This document shows positions 28,101 through 37,295 of a stretch of 52,145 nt of DNA, piece by piece; position 1 is the stretch's first letter; each line of letters begins with the position of its first letter. The notes under the pieces are model-generated. The model was not told the DNA's origin and searched no databases. It worked only from the letters and a program-made list of their open reading frames with translations. Source of the DNA: Methanothrix sp. (lineage in GTDB: Archaea; Halobacteriota; Methanosarcinia; Methanotrichales; Methanotrichaceae); the NCBI GenBank assembly GCA_028688175.1, contig JAQTYS010000001.1, positions 1-52,145 of the forward strand, read 5' to 3'. The position numbers and the translations under genes are program-made.

Positions 28101-28894
28101 AAACTACTGCTGGAAACGTATTAAAATCAGTAAATGAGTTTATAGAAGATCATAAAAAGATATTTGACACTGCATTCCAGGCAATCGTAGATTTCTTTAA
28201 AGATCCTATAATGACAACATGGGATGATTGGAGCACTAAAGTTGATGATGTGTTTAAGGCAGTAAATGAGTTTATAGAAACCCATAAGGCATTTTTTGAG
28301 GAGAAGTTCCAAGCAATTGTGGACTTTTTTAATGATCCAATAATGACAACATGGACGTTGTTTAGTTCAACTGTTGGAAATGTTATTTCTGCAGTAACCG
28401 GGTTTATTCAGTCGCATTGGGATCAAATTGTTGGATATGTGACCTATTTTAGCGATGTATTTAATAATACACTGATGCCGTTATGGGGTGCATTACAGGA
28501 TACAATTGTGAGGGTTGTTAATGCTGTAAGCCCATATATTGATAATCTATACAACAAACTAACGGCGATTTATAACTGGGCAGTTACTGTAATTTCAAAA
28601 TTAAGAGAATTGCTCAATCTAAATCAAGGTGCTCAAGGTGCAGCATCGTCAGCATCGTCTATCCCTGCGTATGCGACAGGAACATCATATGTCCCTGAAA
28701 CCGGTATAGCGATTCTACACAAAGGGGAAGCAGTTATACCGGCAAGTCAGAACACTGGAACCGGAGGAGTAGGAAGCGGGATGTCAGTTATTATCAACCA
28801 GTTGACTCTTCCAGGAGTAACGAATTACGAGGAGTTTAAAGCGAGACTTGAATTTGATGCAAGGTTAAGCGTATCACGGAGGGGCGCAATATGA
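25133..28894 (+). CDS. Tape measure protein
   Basis: 1253 aa, LAELFVVLG start, helical repeats, TM region, C-terminal YATGT.YVP..G.A.LH.GE. Confidence 0.92.
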   Translation: MADTLAELFVVLGLKDEMSKGLSTALTAASALNVGLFALASAAEKPINAFNQLESAAEVTALQTGQTTETMQGLIEGLHSVDTTLQESSDLFMALGKAGVDSEAELKLLGDQFDTLGDATGKTGAQLVDTLIPAMKSLGIEATDVDFDRLTVMFMETNVSAEEFGNTMKRIGPKLQDAGIGFEEVEAAMVGMAEQGIEGRLAISKLNEIFDENADAAKAVEEAQKEVEESSNDLIDAQEKLADAQEKLLDSQDSLADGSDKIKDAQDKVADASNNLAESQLKLAEVQSDSESSALDIAKAQNDVEQAHRKVESATRDVEGAQRDYADAGRGLSDAQNEVLKAQNELNDAEIAAETAVKNLTEAQKLGADINHDGKLSIDELEKAIGVEAGTLEKAEEKLASSKGKMQEYADAQAKALPASGEFNVFLEKMGLKLGEVLQPMEGLISPIMGVTGALTSLAGPILSLQALGPALEAISGGKLIAGLGGLATSLIGVGTAGLAALIPLLPYVLAIGIALGAIYILNELGVFTWISEQLGALWEGIKTFDIGAAFQGMIDFLKNLPNLIIDAVTAGGDIPSMIMGIIFPPLIILRILDAAFPQIGEWFSGLGQKVIDFITGGTPEPSMLANAIFPAVEVLSDIVLEEQKIFAEFEDLGKKALTYIELGKPIPKEIADALINTPEVLSKLAENEQGALINLQQLGAEAQKYIDEGKPVPKDVADALIDAKSVVTELGINQEKALETFKILGAIAQRYTDEGKPIPKEIADALLKSEEIVAQMEINKKPIVTSLETLGGECTKSVEDNPVDAQKVADSLLPSNSISNFLLTKYIEIGTWFNGLGKKTEKEVTDNPADPEKMGDAIFPSGSLARFIEDRIPVVIDAVRPIKTEMQPILDDIGSTWDKLKGVIDVVTKAITGFIKDHITNVKADLRTIVEFLKDPYEVTWRWIKDKVKDVIDAVTGFIKTHKDDFMAAFQLIVDFFTDPIGTAWDLFKTTAGNVLKSVNEFIEDHKKIFDTAFQAIVDFFKDPIMTTWDDWSTKVDDVFKAVNEFIETHKAFFEEKFQAIVDFFNDPIMTTWTLFSSTVGNVISAVTGFIQSHWDQIVGYVTYFSDVFNNTLMPLWGALQDTIVRVVNAVSPYIDNLYNKLTAIYNWAVTVISKLRELLNLNQGAQGAASSASSIPAYATGTSYVPETGIAILHKGEAVIPASQNTGTGGVGSGMSVIINQLTLPGVTNYEEFKARLEFDARLSVSRRGAI

Positions 28895-30099
28895 TTCCAA
28901 CAGCAGCGTTTGAACTATTGGCAGATATATTCACTGGTGAGAGTTCAGACACCATCACCAAATTATCAATCGGGTATGGGACGCAATCGGAATCATTACT
29001 TGATACCGGGCTTGATGATGTGTATATCGATCACGGATTTGAGCAGGCAACGGTAACCGGAACGTATGCATCCGGTGTGTTAACATTTTCAAACACGTTT
29101 ACAAATAACGACTCGCTCAATAGAGTTGTTCGTGAGGTTGGGTTGTTTACTGCTGCGGGAGTCCTCGTATATCGAAAGGTATTCGAAACTACCGATATGC
29201 AAAATTGGTGCGTTGTTCCTACTGGGAAAACAATTGTAATAACTGTGCATGTTGGATTTAGCGATGCTCCTACGTATTCTGATGGTGCAGATCATTATAC
29301 CATTACATATCCGATTCATGTGTATGTGTCATGCATTGGAGATATTCCAATTTCATCATTTGCAACACCATCAAATGTGTGCTATAATGGAATCGAACTC
29401 CCAAATGCGGGAATAAATAGTTTTTCAGAGGCACTTGGCGCGAAGTCGTGGGATTTTACCTGTTATACCGAAGACTATACGAAGATTTTAAGCATCCTAT
29501 CATTTGCTGGTCCATTAACAACGGGAAACAGTATAGTTGGAAAGCAATACGTGTTATCGTCGTATAGGTCTGGAATACTCGCATTAAAAAACATATCAAC
29601 CCGTGCAATGGATACATATTTAAATTGTTATATCCAGGGGCCTATATCTCCAGAGCCGTTTGGTAATGGATGGTGGTTTGATGTCAAAATTGTCCAGTCT
29701 GCATATAATGAGGATGTGTCATCTGGAGACATTACTGCATCAGTAACATACCCCAATTTAATCGCGGGATTTGTTAAACGCGTTGCAGGACTTGCTGGTT
29801 CGCATGCGTGGACTGGGTTAAAAATGTATCAGGATGGTGCCGCGTGGGGGCCGTTCTCCGACGATGCAACAATAACAGGCACTGGTGGATCTAAAAGCCT
29901 CGCTATAACCGTATATGATGCATATTGGACAGAAGAGGATCCATATAGAACCCCGGATACATTTGAATTACGGGAAGGACACTCATCTGACATTCCCGAT
30001 CCTACTCCACTCGCAATGTCATATGTGGAGCCCGAGCAGGTACCATGGTATAAAAATGACAATTTCGTTCTTACGTTTGCTTTAACCATATCAACATGA
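28891..30099 (+). CDS. Tail tip/baseplate protein
   Basis: Follows TMP; VREVGLF motif seen in fibre-collar/baseplate domains. Confidence 0.6.
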   Translation: MIPTAAFELLADIFTGESSDTITKLSIGYGTQSESLLDTGLDDVYIDHGFEQATVTGTYASGVLTFSNTFTNNDSLNRVVREVGLFTAAGVLVYRKVFETTDMQNWCVVPTGKTIVITVHVGFSDAPTYSDGADHYTITYPIHVYVSCIGDIPISSFATPSNVCYNGIELPNAGINSFSEALGAKSWDFTCYTEDYTKILSILSFAGPLTTGNSIVGKQYVLSSYRSGILALKNISTRAMDTYLNCYIQGPISPEPFGNGWWFDVKIVQSAYNEDVSSGDITASVTYPNLIAGFVKRVAGLAGSHAWTGLKMYQDGAAWGPFSDDATITGTGGSKSLAITVYDAYWTEEDPYRTPDTFELREGHSSDIPDPTPLAMSYVEPEQVPWYKNDNFVLTFALTIST

Positions 30100-31082
30100 C
30101 AGAAGTTTTTATCAATGGGTTATTAGTGGATATCGTTTCTGATATCTCCATCAGGCGATCCTGCTCATCGTTAGTGTCGTCTGCCTCGTTCTCTACTCCG
30201 CTCAATCTTCTATCCGCTGCTCAGGATCAATCGTCTGTTTTAATCCGGAGGGATGGAACGAGATTCCGTGGTAACATACAGTCGTATTCTCTACAATATC
30301 AGGGACGGGCGGTTTCAATATCTCTCCAATGCGCTGATGATTCGTTAAAACTGGCAACAAGCGGTAGGGTATCATTTGCATCAGGAACTATGGCAGGGGA
30401 CGCAATAGAATCGCTACTTGACGGGACTGGAATAAGCCCTTCCGGCGTTGCTCTTCGGTCGACTGCCCTTCCTGAAGATTGCTATGTGTTTCCTGTCAAT
30501 TCTAACCGGATAGAAGCAGTAAAAAAGATTGCTACTGATTGTGGCGCTGTATTTTATTTGCAGTTTACGGAGACGGGAACTATTGCTGTTTGTGATACAT
30601 GGACTAACTTATTATCAACATCCGATTTTACAACTACAGTAAGCGTTTCAGATTCATCTCATCTGGTTATGTCATTTAGTTTGGATTCTGCTCCTGAAAA
30701 TCCAACTGAAGACAAGGCGTCTATTGTTATGGCAGGCACTCCCGCGTATCTTTACAATCTGCTTAATTTAAGCGGGTTATATACTGATATGAAAATATCA
30801 TACCCGGTATCAACATGGAGGATTAGCGAGGTAACGACAAAAATACAAGCATCTGGAGTGATTACTACTGCGACTCTTGTAAATTCAACACTTGATATAT
30901 CCAGTTCTTCGACGACTGCGGGAACGCAAGATACAACTGAAGTGGTGAGAGAAGAGACGGTTTCTCTCGTTGATAAGTCGCTTGCACGAATTGCTACCGT
31001 TACGGATACCGATACCGGAACTGTGACAGTTGAATATTATAGCACTGAAGAAGAAGAAACCATTACCGACTGGGCGGCATAA
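30096..31082 (+). CDS. Baseplate hub/tail tip protein
   Basis: FRGNI, LQCAD, EAVKKIA..CG pattern of hub (gp27/Tal-like) proteins. Confidence 0.6.
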   Translation: MTEVFINGLLVDIVSDISIRRSCSSLVSSASFSTPLNLLSAAQDQSSVLIRRDGTRFRGNIQSYSLQYQGRAVSISLQCADDSLKLATSGRVSFASGTMAGDAIESLLDGTGISPSGVALRSTALPEDCYVFPVNSNRIEAVKKIATDCGAVFYLQFTETGTIAVCDTWTNLLSTSDFTTTVSVSDSSHLVMSFSLDSAPENPTEDKASIVMAGTPAYLYNLLNLSGLYTDMKISYPVSTWRISEVTTKIQASGVITTATLVNSTLDISSSSTTAGTQDTTEVVREETVSLVDKSLARIATVTDTDTGTVTVEYYSTEEEETITDWAA

Positions 31083-31763
31083 ATGGTAAATGTTGGAGAT
31101 AAAACAATCGTTCTCCCATTGCAGGGAGGTGGGAAAGTTGCTATTCCCATAGTGACTCCAGGTATTGGAGACCCTTGCATAGTAATTCCACTACAGGGAG
31201 GAGGCAAGGCAGTTACGAAATTATGGACTCCGTCATCGGGAGAAAAAGTAATAGTCATGCCCCTGCAAGGTGGGGGGAAGGTTGTAGTTCCATTAACTCA
31301 AGAAGTAATATCAGATCTTGTTATACTTCATGCAGCAACAATAATACCCGATGGAGAATCGACTCTCCGGGTTCGTGCTCATCTTGAGAAGGTATCTGCC
31401 GGTGTTGGCCGGGCTGAAGTCGAGTTAGGGGTTAATGCCTATACTGCTACACCGTTAAGATCGATCGATGTAATCAGTCAGCAAGATATACCGGAAGGAG
31501 GTATTACTATTGAAACGGGCGATATTTCCATCCCCTATAGAAATACATCATGGGCAAGCATAGACGTTCAGAAAGGGGCATACGTCCGGATAACTTCAGT
31601 AGAACAGTCACTCGATGGAGGAGTAACATGGACATATGTTACGGATGGGGATTTCTCCGAAGGTGAGTTTAAAGATGATATGCAATATGGCTGGTTGAAA
31701 ACAGAGTTTGGGTTCTCCGCTCAAATGGTAACTGGAGGATGTGAGACAATAGATGTTCCATAG
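31083..31763 (+). CDS. Tail tip/receptor-binding candidate with three PLQGGGK repeats
   Basis: Last gene of the tail operon; 24-aa N-terminal repeats. Confidence 0.55.
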   Translation: MVNVGDKTIVLPLQGGGKVAIPIVTPGIGDPCIVIPLQGGGKAVTKLWTPSSGEKVIVMPLQGGGKVVVPLTQEVISDLVILHAATIIPDGESTLRVRAHLEKVSAGVGRAEVELGVNAYTATPLRSIDVISQQDIPEGGITIETGDISIPYRNTSWASIDVQKGAYVRITSVEQSLDGGVTWTYVTDGDFSEGEFKDDMQYGWLKTEFGFSAQMVTGGCETIDVP

Positions 31764-31774
31764 TCCTCCACCAC

Positions 31775-31796
31775 ATTGGAGTTAACCAACTCCAAT
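31775..31796. repeat. Perfect 9-bp inverted repeat with AACC loop
   Basis: attggagtt-aacc-aactccaat. Confidence 0.8.
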
Positions 31797-31961
31797 TTAC
31801 TTATCGTAACGTAGACGCGTATACGTGTTAGACGTATATCCAATTTATTTCCCTGTATATAAACAGGCAATAAACAACTAACACATTAATATATCTCTTT
31901 ATAAATCGAAATATACGTTATACTCTATATTTTGTCTACGTTATAGTATAAGAGATATGTT

Positions 31962-31989
31962 TTTATAGTTTGCCGACTAATATGTTAGT
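31962..31989 (+). promoter_or_regulatory. Promoter (TTTATAG...CGACTAATATGTTAG)
   Basis: Shared motif; heads the replication/recombination operon. Confidence 0.7.
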
Positions 31990-32283
31990 ATGCAAAAAGA
32001 GACAGAAAGACACGTTATTGCAGAGTTTATAAAAAAGACGGGGTATGAGAACAAAGAAATTTATGCATCGTTTGTAAAAGTTGCTCAACTCGACAAGTGG
32101 AAATTTGAAATCTCCACGGGAATGATTTACATTTGGAATGGAGAACAATCCGTTCAAACGGAGCAGCGGATTACATGCAAGTTTTTACCCACGGCAATGT
32201 GGATTTATCAACATTGTAAGGATATTTGCGATGCGAGCAATAGTGGCGATATCGTAACGGATATCCCTTTTGATAGCGTATAG
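31990..32283 (+). CDS. Hypothetical protein
   Basis: Probably leaderless ORF directly after promoter. Confidence 0.6.
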   Translation: MQKETERHVIAEFIKKTGYENKEIYASFVKVAQLDKWKFEISTGMIYIWNGEQSVQTEQRITCKFLPTAMWIYQHCKDICDASNSGDIVTDIPFDSV

Positions 32284-32312
32284 ATTAAACCCGGCAATGA
32301 TTCAAAATACAG

Positions 32313-33533
32313 ATGAGCCAAAAAACGGAGATAAAGACAATGGAAGAACCAATAGAAAGAGTAAGAAAGAGCAAGGAATACAAACAGAGAAAAGAAGCAG
32401 GGATAGATGTTGAAGCGCTTCTCGCAGCAGCGATGGAAACGGACAGATATAAGAAATACAAGTCTCCTGCTACCCGCGAATCTATCCTGATGGCTGCTAT
32501 TATCCCGATGAGAGAACCACCAAAGGGTGAAGATTTCGATGAGGAGCTGGTAGTATTCTCCTCGCATGACAGGTATGGAACCAAGGCGCCGACGAAATTT
32601 GTCGCTCTCCGAAAGAACAAGACGTTCTGTAACATCGTGGTATGGGATGCTGATATTATCAAGGCTCCCTGCAAACTGCGGCTTGTAGGTAAATCAACCG
32701 TTTCCGAATATGGTATGGATGTTCAGCCTGTTGAAGGCGGGATTTCTGCCGTTACTCCGATGACATTTGGAGAACTTCAGGCAATCCTGAACAAAGTCGC
32801 TATTACCGCTAAACAATGGGATACGCTTGAGTCGCTCGTTAATGGGGTAAAATCAGAGACGCGGGCGTTCCGTTCCACCATTGGAGGGGTAAGGGCCACG
32901 GACGTATGGGGAGCAAAAGACGCAGTAACCGGCAAATCGTCTCGGGTAGGTATGCTCCCGGTTCTATCGCGTGATGAGCGTGCTCCTGCCAGGCTTCACC
33001 CGTCAATGCAGGTTAAACTCGATTATACCGGAGGATTTGAGGTATATGCGAATTTGAATCAGCAGCATTTTGGCAGTCCGGTTTATCAAATTGAGGATTT
33101 TGAGGTTCTTTGCATTGATGCAATGGAGCAGTTCCTTGATGATAAGGATAAACAGATTGAGTTTGTCCGGTCTGGTATCATGGGCCGTGACGTATACCTC
33201 ATCATGGATGTCTTTGGAAACAAGGCCGGGCGTGATGACAAGCGATATATCACGGGCTCATGCTCGTTTATCATGGAGGTTATCCCAGAGGCTGCGCAGA
33301 GCACTATACAGACAGAGGAAGAACCTCAACCATCCTCTTCATCCGATCATGTTGAAAATCCATTTGTAGAGGCTCTGGTGCAGGCGTGTATACCATTAGA
33401 CCAAGATCCGAAATGGGTGCCTGTTGCTAAAGCACGGGAGATTGCATCAATTGGTGCAGACGTTTCTGATAATTTGGTTCAGGAAATGACAAAACGGGCA
33501 TCGCAAGTCTGGAATGAGAGAAAGAAAGCGTAA
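32313..33533 (+). CDS. Hypothetical protein, possibly OB-fold ssDNA-binding protein
   Basis: 406 aa; upstream of recombinase; IVVWD strand and acidic linker; function is a guess. Confidence 0.45.
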   Translation: MSQKTEIKTMEEPIERVRKSKEYKQRKEAGIDVEALLAAAMETDRYKKYKSPATRESILMAAIIPMREPPKGEDFDEELVVFSSHDRYGTKAPTKFVALRKNKTFCNIVVWDADIIKAPCKLRLVGKSTVSEYGMDVQPVEGGISAVTPMTFGELQAILNKVAITAKQWDTLESLVNGVKSETRAFRSTIGGVRATDVWGAKDAVTGKSSRVGMLPVLSRDERAPARLHPSMQVKLDYTGGFEVYANLNQQHFGSPVYQIEDFEVLCIDAMEQFLDDKDKQIEFVRSGIMGRDVYLIMDVFGNKAGRDDKRYITGSCSFIMEVIPEAAQSTIQTEEEPQPSSSSDHVENPFVEALVQACIPLDQDPKWVPVAKAREIASIGADVSDNLVQEMTKRASQVWNERKKA

Positions 33534-33547
33534 TAGGAGAGAAAAAG

Positions 33548-33700
33548 ATGGAAGCACAAGCAAAAGAGATAAGGTGTCCATATAACGACTTTTCACTCTG
33601 CTATAAGAATGGGTGCCCGGCATATATTACAGGAGCATCGGAATGCTGGTGTAATTATGTGCTTATTAGCATTCCTCCAAAGGGATGTCGGTCCGCATGA
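33548..33700 (+). CDS. Cys-rich microprotein (50 aa, not in ORF track)
   Basis: RCPYNDFSLCYKNGCPAY...C; GGAG RBS; ATGA-coupled to recombinase. Confidence 0.6.
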   Translation: MEAQAKEIRCPYNDFSLCYKNGCPAYITGASECWCNYVLISIPPKGCRSA

Positions 33701-34284
33701 CCACCGAACTAACAACCACCGATGATAATCAGGAAGTGGTGAAAGCAGCATATCTCAAGGCGATTCGCGCAGACGGGGCATCAGAAAACGAAGTTTCTCA
33801 TATGCTTTACCTTGCAGAGAAACACGATTTAGACCCATTGAGTAAAGAGATTTACTTACTGCCGTTTAAAAAGGACGGGAAAAAAGAGTTCTTACCGTAT
33901 GTTTCATATGCCGGGTTGGTGAAATGTGCTCACAAATCTGGTTTTTTCGATGGTATTGAAGAGGAGCTGGTATTCTCTGACGATGGTAAAATCGTCGGGG
34001 CAAAAGCGCGGGTATGGACAAAAACGTCTAACCATCCGACGATTGCAATGGGACTGATGACAGAATACAACAAAGGATATTCTGTTTGGTCGTCTATGCC
34101 AGGGGCGATGCTGATGAAATGCGTAAAAGCGCGGGCTATACGTGACGCGTTTAACATTGAAGGGTTATACATCAAAGAGGAACTGATGGAACCTGCAATT
34201 CAGGAATCGGAACCGCTCAAGCAAGAGATAAAGACACGAAAAAGAATATCAGAACCAAAAGACGATGGTGAGGCGGCGTTTTAA
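33697..34284 (+). CDS. Bet/RecT-like ssDNA annealing recombinase
   Basis: LDPLSKEIY, AH.SG.FDG, W..MPGAMLMKC..ARAIR.AF. Confidence 0.88.
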   Translation: MTTELTTTDDNQEVVKAAYLKAIRADGASENEVSHMLYLAEKHDLDPLSKEIYLLPFKKDGKKEFLPYVSYAGLVKCAHKSGFFDGIEEELVFSDDGKIVGAKARVWTKTSNHPTIAMGLMTEYNKGYSVWSSMPGAMLMKCVKARAIRDAFNIEGLYIKEELMEPAIQESEPLKQEIKTRKRISEPKDDGEAAF

Positions 34285-34286
34285 AA

Positions 34287-34466
34287 ATGGTAAAAGTGAA
34301 GTGGGTATGCACGGGATGCACAGGGAGTAAAGAATATAGATGCGAAGTTATCACGTATGGGGATAATCGTCTTGATATGGAATCTCCAAATGAGGAATTG
34401 TGGAGAGGATGTAAAGGGACTGCAAAATGGAAACGGGTTGAGAAGAAAAAGAAGAAGGAAAAATGA
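34287..34466 (+). CDS. Small Cys-containing basic protein (59 aa, not in ORF track)
   Basis: WVCTGC...C...C; ATGA coupling downstream. Confidence 0.5.
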   Translation: MVKVKWVCTGCTGSKEYRCEVITYGDNRLDMESPNEELWRGCKGTAKWKRVEKKKKKEK

Positions 34467-34795
34467 GTATAAATGGAGATCCTAATGGATGTGACTTTCT
34501 TGACGGATTTATAGAATATGCTCAACTTGTAGGAGATAATCAATGTGATTTGCGCGATTCAAATTCTCCTCATATAATTAGTAGTAACACTCAAAAAAGT
34601 AAATACACGATGGTCAAATCAAAATTGGTGAGAGAAACTGAAAAAGCAATATGCGTTGAGTATAACCGGAGAAATGAATGGTTCCCAAAAAGCCAAATTC
34701 AAAGTTTATCAATATCAGATGGGATTGCATCGTTTTACTGCCCGAATTGGTTGATAGACGCGAAAACAAACGAGGCCATAAATGCTAACCATTAA
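34463..34795 (+). CDS. Hypothetical viral protein
   Basis: ETEKAI...WFPKSQI...PNWL motif common in tailed viruses. Confidence 0.65.
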   Translation: MSINGDPNGCDFLDGFIEYAQLVGDNQCDLRDSNSPHIISSNTQKSKYTMVKSKLVRETEKAICVEYNRRNEWFPKSQIQSLSISDGIASFYCPNWLIDAKTNEAINANH

Positions 34796-36155
34796 CCGGT
34801 CCGGTTCTTATTTTTTTATCAATGGCGAATTACCTCTACATATCGTAGAGTCTTTACAAAGTGTCACATCGTATTACATTCAGAATTACGAAAAGACTGA
34901 TATGTTTCAGCGTGGAGAATGGGACGGAAAACAGAGGTTGTTACGTCGTTCCAAAAACGGGAGTTATTATTTCCCGTTTGGGTTGATAGACAACGTGAGA
35001 GATGCGTTATCCATCTGGGGGATTATATATCAGGTGAAAGATGCGAATGGACAAACAACAGTCGATGAGATCGGAGATACTGATGAGTTACGCCCTTACC
35101 AGGTAAAGGCACTTAATCAGTTAATCGGCAATTGTTATAATAGTTCTGGTGTGTTGGCGCTTCCAACGGGTGCAGGTAAGAGTATTTGTGCTATGTATTG
35201 GGCTAAACTGTTAAACAAACCGTTTATTGTGCTGGTTCACCGGGTTGAACTTCTCCGGCAGTGGCGAGATGAGATTGAACGATATTTCGGGGTTAGTCCG
35301 TCTTTAATCGGAGCAGGAGAGGATAAAGAGGGGGATTCCCGGGCAACTATTGCCATGATTCAGACACTTTCAGCGAGGATAAAAAAGGATAAAGATTGGA
35401 ATATGGAAACGGGGATGCTGATAGTCGATGAGTGCCATACGTGCCCGGCAAAGACGTTTTATGAGGTATCGATGCGTATAGACGCGCAATATCGGTTAGG
35501 GTTATCAGCAACTCCTACCAGGACTGATGGAGCAGAACTAAAGATTTTTGCTGCCTGCGGTAAAGTGGCTGCGGTTGTTAGCGTTGAGGATTTGGTGAGC
35601 GATGGGTATCTTGCTGCACCAGTGTTTAGGATGGAACAACTCCCACCGGTAAAAGTGCCTTACTCGGCATCCTGGGCGACGGTTTACAAGTCTGGAATAG
35701 TCCTGAATATGGACAGGAACATAAAGATAGCAGAAATAGCGGAGGGATATTTATCGAAAGGAAGGCAGGTTTATGTGCATGTTAATCAGATTGACCACGG
35801 AAAATGCTTAACCGGAATGATTAACGGGGCCGTATTCGTATCAGGGAGTAGTAAGAAGGATGAAAGAGAAGAGATTATCAATCGGTTTAAGACCGGGGAG
35901 ATAAGATGTCTGGTTAGCACGCTTCTACGGGAGGGCGTATCCATAGACGGGATATCGTGTCTGATATATGCTTCTGGTGGAAAATCAGAAGTGGCATTGA
36001 TCCAGACAATTGGACGCGCTTTGCGAGTTGATCCGGTATTCGGAGATGCGATTGTCATTGATTTTTTAGATAGAGGGCATCGGACACTTGAGAACCATGT
36101 GCAGGACAGGATCTCTGCATATCGTGAGAATTACGGAAGTTTGTTTCAATACTAA
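34782..36155 (+). CDS. SF2 DExH helicase (XPB/UvsW-like)
   Basis: LRPYQ, LPTGAGKS, IVDECH, GLSATP, QTIGRALR. Confidence 0.93.
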   Translation: MLTINRSGSYFFINGELPLHIVESLQSVTSYYIQNYEKTDMFQRGEWDGKQRLLRRSKNGSYYFPFGLIDNVRDALSIWGIIYQVKDANGQTTVDEIGDTDELRPYQVKALNQLIGNCYNSSGVLALPTGAGKSICAMYWAKLLNKPFIVLVHRVELLRQWRDEIERYFGVSPSLIGAGEDKEGDSRATIAMIQTLSARIKKDKDWNMETGMLIVDECHTCPAKTFYEVSMRIDAQYRLGLSATPTRTDGAELKIFAACGKVAAVVSVEDLVSDGYLAAPVFRMEQLPPVKVPYSASWATVYKSGIVLNMDRNIKIAEIAEGYLSKGRQVYVHVNQIDHGKCLTGMINGAVFVSGSSKKDEREEIINRFKTGEIRCLVSTLLREGVSIDGISCLIYASGGKSEVALIQTIGRALRVDPVFGDAIVIDFLDRGHRTLENHVQDRISAYRENYGSLFQY

Positions 36156-36199
36156 TTTATAGTTTATTAACTAATATGTTAGTATACAAAGGTGAGAGA
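36156..36199 (+). promoter_or_regulatory. Promoter + GGTGA RBS
   Basis: TTTATAG...ACTAATATGTTAG...GGTGAGAGA. Confidence 0.7.
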
Positions 36200-36200
36200 A

Positions 36201-36566
36201 ATGGTATTAAACCGTGGAAAATTGATCTCGTGCTTAAAGGATGATGCGAAAACTCCATCCCAAATTGCAGAGTTGTTGAATATTAGCATCGATACTGTAA
36301 AGAATTACATTCAGTCGTATGTTGATATCGGATTTGTTGAGTTTAAACTTGGAAAATATAATATAACCGAATTAGGATTAACAATTATTGAATCAAATTC
36401 TAATAAAATGGTGAAAGTAAATATAGAAACGCATAAATTTTGTAGGGGATGCAATACGGTAAAGCCGATAGACGAATTTAGTATTGATAATGCTAAACCT
36501 GATGGAAGGTGTTCGAAGTGTAAATCATGCATATCAATCAATCGGCCGAAAAAAAACGCACGCTGA
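36201..36566 (+). CDS. wHTH + Zn-finger protein (N-terminal part)
   Basis: TPSQIAELLNISIDTV...YNITELG; CRGC..VKPIDEF...DG...CKSC. Confidence 0.75.
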   Translation: MVLNRGKLISCLKDDAKTPSQIAELLNISIDTVKNYIQSYVDIGFVEFKLGKYNITELGLTIIESNSNKMVKVNIETHKFCRGCNTVKPIDEFSIDNAKPDGRCSKCKSCISINRPKKNAR

Positions 36567-37122
36567 CAATATACCAGAAGAATTCAAGCGAAAATATGGC
36601 TCTACTATTATTAATGGCGTAAATTTCCCAAATGGAGGATTTACAACCGTTGATTTTGTAAATGAAAACCCAGATATGTTTAAAACGGCTGCATCGTGGG
36701 ATGCAAAAATTATAAGATGCAATTCTATTATAACAAATTTTATTAAAGGTGGAAGTGTTATAAAACTCGGAAGTCATCCAAGATCATCAGGGGGAATTTT
36801 AAATTATTATAGTGTTGCACCATTTAAAACCACCATATCCCGTCAGTTAGACGTGCTAAAGCCATATGAAAATACTGATATAAAAAAGATATTGGACGTA
36901 TTAACGGAATCTGAAAATCCAGGAGACCCAGATACATTGTTTGATCATATAAGTATGATTGATGATAATTGTTATAATATAAACGAAAGTGTTAAAACTC
37001 TGATAGAATTGATAGATGCAGATAATGGGCACTTTAAGAGATGTTTTGCAGAGTTAATTGCGATTCAAAAGAAACAGTTGTTATTATTCGAGCAATTGTC
37101 GAAAAAACAACAAAGCGATTAA
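36484..37122 (+). CDS. Hypothetical protein, probably the +1-frame continuation of 36201-36566
   Basis: Long overlap without a clear RBS; A8 tract 36549-36556 links the frames. Confidence 0.55.
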   Translation: MIMLNLMEGVRSVNHAYQSIGRKKTHADNIPEEFKRKYGSTIINGVNFPNGGFTTVDFVNENPDMFKTAASWDAKIIRCNSIITNFIKGGSVIKLGSHPRSSGGILNYYSVAPFKTTISRQLDVLKPYENTDIKKILDVLTESENPGDPDTLFDHISMIDDNCYNINESVKTLIELIDADNGHFKRCFAELIAIQKKQLLLFEQLSKKQQSD

Positions 37123-37123
37123 T

Positions 37124-37159
37124 TTTTAATTCCCGCGTCTAATATGTTATAGGTGAGAA
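37124..37159 (+). promoter_or_regulatory. Promoter + GGTGA RBS
   Basis: TTTTAAT...CTAATATGTTATAGGTGAGA. Confidence 0.65.
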
Positions 37160-37160
37160 G

Positions 37161-37295
37161 ATGGAAGAAAAGCGTATATGCCCGTTAATTAGCGGGGAAA
37201 CGGTTAGAGAATGTAGAGAATCTGGTTGTATGGCATGGAGAGAGATTGACCATAACGATTGGGATTGTGCGCTGATTAGGCAGGGTAAGAGGTAA
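37161..37295 (+). CDS. Cys-rich microprotein (44 aa, not in ORF track)
   Basis: ICPLISGETVRECRESGCMAW...CAL; behind promoter and RBS. Confidence 0.65.
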   Translation: MEEKRICPLISGETVRECRESGCMAWREIDHNDWDCALIRQGKR

